DNA of 30,402 nucleotides, from the IMG/VR virus record IMGVR_UViG_3300017912_001693, positions 1 to 30,402 of that record, one strand, 5' to 3'. Positions 24,305 to 30,402 of this stretch are shown piece after piece. Below the pieces are notes generated by a model, which saw only the letters and a list, made by a program, of their open reading frames with translations, had not been told where the DNA came from and ran no database searches. Numbering within the stretch: position 1 is the first letter of the stretch; each line of letters opens with the position of its first letter. The position numbers and the translations under genes were made by a program. The DNA is from a virus. Lineage: Duplodnaviria; Caudoviricetes.

Positions 24305-25123
24305 ATGAATCAACTCTCTACATTACAAGATACGCCAGACTTCGCGGCTATGTATTCAGTTCCGTCTACCGGAGCGCCTAATATCGCACGAGCTAGGATC
24401 AATCGAGACTCTAATATTAAATTCAACGATAAATTGGTCACAGTTCCCGCCCCGTCTATCTGCCTTAAGGATACGGACGGTCTGGAATACTATTCAACTG
24501 AGGTTTACATCAGAGTGTATATGGATACCATGCAGACTATGGTATTCGATGCAGAGAAAGAGCAATACACGAATATCTCATCCCACTTCCATAACTTCAA
24601 AAGCGTTGCTTTAGATTGGTTTGGTGGTGATAAATGTGGCTGGGTGCCATATAAACAGAAAGAAAAGCTGCGGCTGGAGGACCCAATCGCCTACGCAAAT
24701 GCAAGTAAGGTGAAGCTGTATCGCCATTTGTATGGAACAATGAGGATGGTAGACCCGGTGTCTCCAGGCACAGATACAGCTAAAGAAATCAATGATGTTC
24801 CTTTCCGCATGAGACTTGGCCCATCTAATTTTAAAGAGATTGGCGATGTTCTAGGTGGCTTGATGTCACACAAACCAGCGATCAATCCTGCGTCTGTAGA
24901 GATGAGGTTGGATTACGACATGGATTCTCGCGGATCAAATAAGTGGTTTGTACTAAAATACAAACCGATGCTTGATAACATCATCGAATTAGACAGCGAC
25001 GACGAGATTCTTCGCCAAGATTTTTTAGCGTTGAAGGAATATGAGAACGCGCAAGTTGAAGCACGTATGCGCGATAACAGCAGTGGTGTGGTCGATGCGT
25101 TCGACGACATCTTAGAGCCGTGA
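24305..25123 (+). CDS. Probable single-stranded DNA-binding protein
   Basis: Position after polA, beta-rich composition, acidic tail DAFDDILEP; ATG 24305 after GGGGA. Function inferred from synteny. Confidence 0.6.
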   Translation: MNQLSTLQDTPDFAAMYSVPSTGAPNIARARINRDSNIKFNDKLVTVPAPSICLKDTDGLEYYSTEVYIRVYMDTMQTMVFDAEKEQYTNISSHFHNFKSVALDWFGGDKCGWVPYKQKEKLRLEDPIAYANASKVKLYRHLYGTMRMVDPVSPGTDTAKEINDVPFRMRLGPSNFKEIGDVLGGLMSHKPAINPASVEMRLDYDMDSRGSNKWFVLKYKPMLDNIIELDSDDEILRQDFLALKEYENAQVEARMRDNSSGVVDAFDDILEP

Positions 25124-25124
25124 C

Positions 25125-26036
25125 ATGCACAGTGATGTGCATTGGCTTCAAGAAAAGTTAGATGACTTTCTTCAAAGCAAGCCGGCGTTGCCTCCTAACG
25201 TAATACAGGAGGCAACGCAAAGTTTTAATGATAAACTACAGAGGTTTAACGAACTACCCAGAGAAAAGTCAACACTCCCGTCACTATCCCAGGTTGGCAA
25301 GCCATTCTGCATTCTTCACGCAGAGAAACTAAACTGGAAGCCCTTACCAAAGACACCATCGTTTAAAGTAAAAATGACGTATGGTGACATGACAGAAGTT
25401 CTAGCTGTTGCCATATTAAAAGCAGCAGGTATTAATATTTTTGCCACTAATCAGCGCACTGTATTGCATACAGATGAAGGTCAATTGAACGGTGAGTTTG
25501 ATATAATTATTCAAGACGAGGCAGGTCAGCTAACCTTGTGGGATATCAAATCTGCCTCACGCTATGCTTTCGATAGTAAATTTAAATCGTATGAAGCATT
25601 AAAAGAAACTGATAGCTTCGGGTACGTCAGTCAATTGTTTGGTTATACTAGGGCCGAAAGAGTTAAGTATCATGATCTTGAGGCCGGCGGTTGGATTGTC
25701 ATTAGTAAAGAGACAGGCGATATTAAAATTTGCCCAGCCGACCCAGCAGATGAAGATTTGTATTATCATAAAATTGTAGACACAATTAAACGATACAAAA
25801 CTGCTGACAAAGATAACTTTAAACGTGATTTTTCAGACGTTGAAGAAACCTTTTACAAGAAGCTAACAGGTAACCGCAAGTTGGCTACCACCTGTTCTTA
25901 TTGTGATTATAAATATACATGCTGGCCTGACTTGCAATATCGCAAACGAGCTAGGTCTAAGTCAGCAAATGCCTTTGAATACTACACGTTCTTCCAAGAA
26001 GAGCCGAAAGATATCAGTAGCGTCAGCGAAAGCTAA
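25125..26036 (+). CDS. PD-(D/E)XK Cas4-like exonuclease
   Basis: SLSQVGKPFC, GEFDII...WDIKSAS, GYVSQLFGY, CSYCDYKYTCW. Confidence 0.85.
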   Translation: MHSDVHWLQEKLDDFLQSKPALPPNVIQEATQSFNDKLQRFNELPREKSTLPSLSQVGKPFCILHAEKLNWKPLPKTPSFKVKMTYGDMTEVLAVAILKAAGINIFATNQRTVLHTDEGQLNGEFDIIIQDEAGQLTLWDIKSASRYAFDSKFKSYEALKETDSFGYVSQLFGYTRAERVKYHDLEAGGWIVISKETGDIKICPADPADEDLYYHKIVDTIKRYKTADKDNFKRDFSDVEETFYKKLTGNRKLATTCSYCDYKYTCWPDLQYRKRARSKSANAFEYYTFFQEEPKDISSVSES

Positions 26037-26364
26037 GGGTCGCCGTCTTCAGCAGTGGGTGCGAGATTGGTTACGCCAGACTTTACCCGGTGTGGAGGAC
26101 GATGACATTCAGTCTACCCCCGGCGGTGTGAATGGGCCTGATATCGGTCTTAGCCCTCTTGCTCGGCGTAAGTTTCCCTGGACTGTGGAGTGTAAAGCCA
26201 GAGCCAGAGTGACTTTATACGACGCGCTTGAGCAAGCCGAATCTAATTTAATTAAAGATACTAAACCCGTCGCCATTGTTAAGGGGGATCGAAAAGAACC
26301 TATAGCTATCCTTTATGCAAAAGATTTTTTAGAAATGAGCCAATGGATAAAAAAGCGCCACTAG
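25969..26364 (+). CDS. Holliday-junction-resolvase-like PD-(D/E)XK endonuclease
   Basis: SAKAKGRRLQQWVRD, GPDI, WTVECK, EQA; start uncertain. Confidence 0.8.
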   Translation: MPLNTTRSSKKSRKISVASAKAKGRRLQQWVRDWLRQTLPGVEDDDIQSTPGGVNGPDIGLSPLARRKFPWTVECKARARVTLYDALEQAESNLIKDTKPVAIVKGDRKEPIAILYAKDFLEMSQWIKKRH

Positions 26365-26657
26365 AACTTAGTCACAAAGTGATGATCCCGAACAACACGT
26401 TTGGTATCTTTGTGCATCTGGACACAGAAAACCAAATGTTGCAAGTCGAGGTTGGTGATTTTGTCACTAAATCCTTGGAAGGTACTAAAGAATATGACGC
26501 GATGGCTTGCATTATCACGATTTTAACTGAGGCTGTCGATAATTCTCTTTCTGAGTTTATGGATATTGATCCGGAGTATGAGCTTAAAAATCAATGCGAA
26601 GTAAAATTTGACGGCGACAATGTTATTCCCTTCCCCGGTCTAAATAGGAAAAACTGA
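26343..26657 (+). CDS. Hypothetical protein
   Basis: 104 aa ending NVIPFP; coupled to its neighbours. Confidence 0.75.
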   Translation: MDKKAPLELSHKVMIPNNTFGIFVHLDTENQMLQVEVGDFVTKSLEGTKEYDAMACIITILTEAVDNSLSEFMDIDPEYELKNQCEVKFDGDNVIPFPGLNRKN

Positions 26658-26959
26658 TGAATGAATATTACCTCAAAAGAAATTTAATTCTAACAAGGGC
26701 GCAAGACCTGATTAACAACGACAGGCAGGAGGAATATGGACCGCCAAATAAAAACTTCAAAGATATCTCTGCTGGGTGGTCAATAATTTTTGACAAAGAG
26801 GTGCAGCCATTTGAGGTCGCTCTAGCGATGGACTGGGTGAAGACCTGTAGAGCGTTGAAGAGTCCCGAGCTTGAAGATAGCTGGATTGACAAGGCCGGTT
26901 ATAGTGCAATCGGAGGAGAATTAGTAGGAGAATTAGTAGGAGAATATGACGATGAATGA
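26657..26959 (+). CDS. DUF6378-like phage protein
   Basis: DRQEEYGPPNKNFKDISAGWS...VK..R...DSWIDKAGYSAIGGE. Confidence 0.75.
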   Translation: MNEYYLKRNLILTRAQDLINNDRQEEYGPPNKNFKDISAGWSIIFDKEVQPFEVALAMDWVKTCRALKSPELEDSWIDKAGYSAIGGELVGELVGEYDDE

Positions 26960-27206
26960 TTTTAATCAGACCACTGAAGCTGACATCAAAGAGCTTGAAT
27001 TGGAGATCAAAGCTAAACAAGATCAGCTTAACAGTATCAAGTATGCTGACTATGAGGCTGCTAAACAAGAATACACTCTAGCACAAGAAAACTATCAAGA
27101 GGCGTATAAGCATCTCATCGTGTGCAAGAATAAGTATCTGTCTGAGATGAACAAAAAGATTCGTGAGAAAAGCACAACTTATTTCTTTGGTGGTCGCGCT
27201 TTCTAA
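26946..27206 (+). CDS. Coiled-coil hypothetical protein
   Basis: 86 aa, heptad-rich; GGAG SD. Confidence 0.75.
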   Translation: MTMNDFNQTTEADIKELELEIKAKQDQLNSIKYADYEAAKQEYTLAQENYQEAYKHLIVCKNKYLSEMNKKIREKSTTYFFGGRAF

Positions 27207-27376
27207 TGAAGCTCAAAGTACGCCTAGATATAAATGTTGAAGACGATGCGTCGTGGATTCCTGCTGATGGAGTTCACGGCGTTATCAATGAAGCTGAAGA
27301 ATTAATTATTGAAGCCGTTGAGAACTGTATTGACGGGGCGTTAGTTACTGTGATTGGTGTGAAAGTAGATGAGTAA
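27206..27376 (+). CDS. Hypothetical protein (56 aa)
   Basis: Not in the track. MKLKVRLDINVEDDASWIPADG...; TAATG coupling upstream, overlaps the nrdJ start. Confidence 0.7.
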   Translation: MKLKVRLDINVEDDASWIPADGVHGVINEAEELIIEAVENCIDGALVTVIGVKVDE

Positions 27377-29075
27377 TTTTAAGTCAAATAAAAATCCAAT
27401 GTTCCGCTCTAAGTTTAGCGAGGACATCTTTAATTTGAAATACTCCCATACTGGGTGTGAAACTTGGGAACAGTTGGCCTGTGTATTGGTTGACGACGTT
27501 TGCGGTGACTATCGTTACGGGGAGGACAAACTTCTAACTGACGATGAATTGTTTCAGTTGAAGGAGTATATCACGGACCTTAAGTTCGTACCAGGCGGTA
27601 GATACCTTTACTATGCTGGGCGCAAGAACAGGTTCTACAATAACTGTTTCCTGTTGAAAGCTGAAGAGGACACGAGAGAAGACTGGGCTAATCTTAGTTG
27701 GAAGTCCGAATCGTGTCTGATGACCGGCGGTGGAATTGGCATTGACTACAGTGTGTATCGCCAGTCAGGCCGAGTGTTGAACGGCACTGGTGGAACTGCC
27801 AGTGGTCCGGTTCCTAAGATGCAAATGATTAACGAAATCGGACGACGAGTGATGCAAGGTGGATCTCGTCGCTCTGCAATCTACGCCTCCTTGAACTGGC
27901 AGCATGGTGATATTGATGCTTTCTTGAAGGCTAAAGATTGGGACACGATGCCTGTGGGTAAAACGGGCCTCACCCTAAAACAAATCAAAGAGCAGGACTT
28001 CAACTTCCCTGCTCCTCTTGACATGACCAATATCAGTGTGAACTACGACACTGATTGGTTGCTACAATATTGGGAGACCGGCAAAGTAGGTAGCGTGTTC
28101 ATTGACAATATCAAACAGGCATTGCGAACTGCGGAGCCTGGGTTCTCCTTTAACTTTATGGAGGATGAGAATGATACGTTACGGAATGCCTGTACTGAAG
28201 TCGTTAGTGCTGATGACAGCGATGTCTGCAACTTGGGCAGCATCAACATGGGCCGTATTGCATCGGTATCAGAATTTGCTGACATCGTAGAACTTGCGAC
28301 CAAGTTTCTTATCTGCGGAACTTTAAGGGCGCACCTGCCCTATGCCAAAGTGTATGAAACCAGGGAAAAGAACCGTCGTCTTGGGTTGGGCTTGATGGGT
28401 ATGCACGAATGGCTCATCAAGCGCAACTCTAAATATCAGGTGACTCCTGAGCTACACCGGTGGCTGGCTATCTACAAAGGTGTATCTGATAAAGTATCTA
28501 AGGATTTTGCAGATGAGTTGTCTGTCTCTCGGCCAGTCGCTAATCGTGCTATCGCGCCCACGGGTTCGATTGGTATTCTTGCTGGTACTACTACTGGAGT
28601 TGAACCTCTCTTTGCTGTAGCCTACAAACGTCGTTATCTGACGCAAGGCACCCGCTGGAAATATCAGTATGTGGTGGACAGTGCAGCACAAGAACTAATC
28701 GACATCTACGGTGTTGAGCCGGATAGCATTGAAAGCGCCTTGGATCTTGCGGACGACTATGAACGCCGCATGATGTTCCAAGCTGACGTGCAAGACTACG
28801 TTGATATGTCTATTAGTTCAACCATCAACCTACCACAGTGGGGGTCTAAACTAAACAATGAAGATACAGTGGAGGACTTTGCTAATACCTTGGCTAAGTA
28901 TGCCCACAGACTCCGTGGCTTTACTTGCTATCCTGATGGCGCACGAGGTGGGCAGCCCCTTTCTGTGGTTCCTTACAGCGAGGCTGTAGATAAACTGGGG
29001 ACGGAATTTGAGGAACACGTCGAAGCTCATGACATTTGCGATATCGCTCAAACTGGAGGGACTTGTGGCTCCTAA
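27369..29075 (+). CDS. nrdJ: Class II (adenosylcobalamin-dependent) ribonucleotide reductase
   Basis: PGGR, NNCF, GGSRRSA, active-site NACTE, CNLGS, IAPTGS, SISSTINLP, C-terminal Cys pair; no small (beta) subunit nearby. Confidence 0.88.
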   Translation: MSNFKSNKNPMFRSKFSEDIFNLKYSHTGCETWEQLACVLVDDVCGDYRYGEDKLLTDDELFQLKEYITDLKFVPGGRYLYYAGRKNRFYNNCFLLKAEEDTREDWANLSWKSESCLMTGGGIGIDYSVYRQSGRVLNGTGGTASGPVPKMQMINEIGRRVMQGGSRRSAIYASLNWQHGDIDAFLKAKDWDTMPVGKTGLTLKQIKEQDFNFPAPLDMTNISVNYDTDWLLQYWETGKVGSVFIDNIKQALRTAEPGFSFNFMEDENDTLRNACTEVVSADDSDVCNLGSINMGRIASVSEFADIVELATKFLICGTLRAHLPYAKVYETREKNRRLGLGLMGMHEWLIKRNSKYQVTPELHRWLAIYKGVSDKVSKDFADELSVSRPVANRAIAPTGSIGILAGTTTGVEPLFAVAYKRRYLTQGTRWKYQYVVDSAAQELIDIYGVEPDSIESALDLADDYERRMMFQADVQDYVDMSISSTINLPQWGSKLNNEDTVEDFANTLAKYAHRLRGFTCYPDGARGGQPLSVVPYSEAVDKLGTEFEEHVEAHDICDIAQTGGTCGS

Positions 29076-29091
29076 GCGATATCCTTTTCCT

Positions 29092-29250
29092 ATGCGAGAT
29101 ATTTTCTCAGAAGGGCGGAGAGGGTTTAGAAATTATTCTGCTAACCCTTTTCGACCCCACTCCGACAGATATAGGGAGTGGGAACGGGGGTTCAATTATG
29201 AATATTTCAAGGCTCAAAAAAGAGCAACTAACTTTATTTATAGAACATGA
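29092..29250 (+). CDS. Small conserved phage protein (52 aa)
   Basis: MRDIFSEGRRGF...NPF...REWERGFNYEYF; start uncertain. Confidence 0.6.
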   Translation: MRDIFSEGRRGFRNYSANPFRPHSDRYREWERGFNYEYFKAQKRATNFIYRT

Positions 29251-29695
29251 AGATTTAGGCGGGGGTGAGGGTAAGGTTTGTAGCAAGTGCAATATGTTTC
29301 TTCCTTTATCCTCTTACTCTTTTACTAGCGGTGGTAATTATCTCAGACCCGAATGTCGTAAGTGCAATCAGGAACTATCCAAAACCAGAGAGGAGTTACG
29401 ATACAAACATGGCCCGCCTCCAGAAAATTATATCTGCCCTATCTGTCTGGCTGACGAGGAGTCGGTCAAAGGCAAAGGGAACACCCGCAACGGAAGCTGG
29501 GTGCTTGACCATAACCACCAAACAAAAAGTTTTCGAGGCTGGCTGTGCCACAAATGTAACCGGGCGTTGGGCGGCTTTGATGACAACATCCAAATATTAA
29601 ATAGAGCTATCAATTATTTAGAGTGTACTGATGGAAGCGAAACTAATCGACGTGATGGGAACCGACCTGAGTGTGGTGAACGCCGCGCGGGTTAG
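29198..29695 (+). CDS. Endonuclease VII-family (His-Me finger) nuclease
   Basis: CSKC/CRKC zinc ribbon, CPIC, VLDHNHQTKSFRGWLCHKCNRALG; start uncertain (ATG 29198). Confidence 0.85.
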   Translation: MNISRLKKEQLTLFIEHEDLGGGEGKVCSKCNMFLPLSSYSFTSGGNYLRPECRKCNQELSKTREELRYKHGPPPENYICPICLADEESVKGKGNTRNGSWVLDHNHQTKSFRGWLCHKCNRALGGFDDNIQILNRAINYLECTDGSETNRRDGNRPECGERRAG

Positions 29696-30299
29696 TTTCA
29701 ATAAAGAATCTTTTTATAACTTTAGTGAGGGCTTCGCTGATCTCGAAGAGCGAGATTCAAAACTAATCAAGTATCTTGCTAACCATAATCACTTCACTCC
29801 GTTTACTCACTGCACTATCACCATGCGTGAGCGTGTGCCTATCTTTGTTGCAAGACAACGCTTTAAACATGTGATTGGGTTCAGTTACAACGAGATCAGT
29901 CGCAGGTATGTTAGTTACGAGGCTGAGACGTACACACCTACCGAGTGGCGTAAGGCCGCTTCCGACAAGAAGCAAGGTTCCTCAGACGAAACGGTAGATA
30001 TCAACCCAAACAATCAGATTGTAGATATCTATCAGCAAGCTATCGACAGTGCTTTATGGACATACGATAGGCTGATTCAGAAAGGCGTCTGTCCAGAACA
30101 GGCTCGCATGGTTTTACCTCAGTCTGCTTACACAGAATACTACGTTACTGGGTCGTTATATGCTTGGGCCAGGGCGTTTAATCTGAGAAGTTCCTCAGAT
30201 GCACAGAAAGAAATCCAAGACCTTGCTTGGCGGTGGGACGAAATCCTTATGGAGAAGTTTCCGTATAGCTGGGTCGCTCTAACAGAGGCGGGTGTTTAG
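29631..30299 (+). CDS. thyX: FAD-dependent thymidylate synthase
   Basis: DLSVVNAARVSF, HFTPF, ARQRFKH...NEISRRY, EQARMVLP, AQKEI. Confidence 0.95.
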   Translation: MEAKLIDVMGTDLSVVNAARVSFNKESFYNFSEGFADLEERDSKLIKYLANHNHFTPFTHCTITMRERVPIFVARQRFKHVIGFSYNEISRRYVSYEAETYTPTEWRKAASDKKQGSSDETVDINPNNQIVDIYQQAIDSALWTYDRLIQKGVCPEQARMVLPQSAYTEYYVTGSLYAWARAFNLRSSSDAQKEIQDLAWRWDEILMEKFPYSWVALTEAGV

Positions 30300-30301
30300 A
30301 T

Positions 30302-30402
30302 ATGTTGACGATTTTAGGCAGTTTGCTAGGTTTTGGTAGTTCTATGCTACCGAAGGTGTTTGAGTTTTTTCAAGATCGGGCTGATAGAGCGCACGAGTTG
30401 GC
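30302..30402 (+). CDS. Membrane-associated (possibly holin-like) protein, truncated by the window end
   Basis: MLTILGSLLGFGSSMLPKVFEFFQDRADRAHEL; open to the end of the window. Confidence 0.55.
   Translation, partial: MLTILGSLLGFGSSMLPKVFEFFQDRADRAHEL

Noticed and set aside
25125-26036. Cas4-like nuclease as evidence of CRISPR-Cas
   Set aside because: A solo PD-(D/E)XK exonuclease in a standard phage replication module, with no cas1/cas2 or array.
26915-26945. 12-bp tandem repeat GGAGAATTAGTA (2.6 copies)
   Set aside because: Most simply a local slippage duplication at a gene end/RBS, with no sign of function.
22202-29075. Inteins or introns in polA or nrdJ
   Set aside because: Both are continuous and compact with normally spaced motifs; no splice-junction or LAGLIDADG signatures were seen.

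Overview
Two divergent arms of a tailed-phage genome, probably a podovirus of the HMO-2011-type/Zobellviridae-related group. The assignment rests on the major capsid N-terminus, a family A DNA polymerase with a DnaJ-like zinc-finger insert, class II RNR and ThyX; an alphaproteobacterial host is inferred only. The minus-strand arm (1-11560) carries a cluster of small basic proteins, then TerS, TerL, portal, a virion protein, scaffold and the 5' part of the major capsid gene, driven by near-consensus sigma70-type promoters. A repeat-rich non-coding junction (about 11560-12300) is the probable joined genome termini. The plus-strand arm opens with an anti-defence early region (ArdC, an Ocr-like DNA mimic, unknown small ORFs) punctuated by four copies of a covarying RNA-hairpin/RBS element. 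It continues with a DegT aminotransferase, a glycosyltransferase-like protein, an HTH protein, tRNA-Arg(TCT), primase, helicase, a formyltransferase, PolA, SSB, nucleases, NrdJ, endonuclease VII and ThyX. The best candidates for undescribed biology are: (1) the hairpin-delimited anti-defence gene array; (2) a dispersed aminotransferase + formyltransferase + glycosyltransferase set; (3) five copies of a YYAC/CC internal-loop RNA motif in the scaffold and capsid leaders; (4) a shared double-glycine motif in many late proteins. All family calls come from motif recognition by eye; no searches were run.
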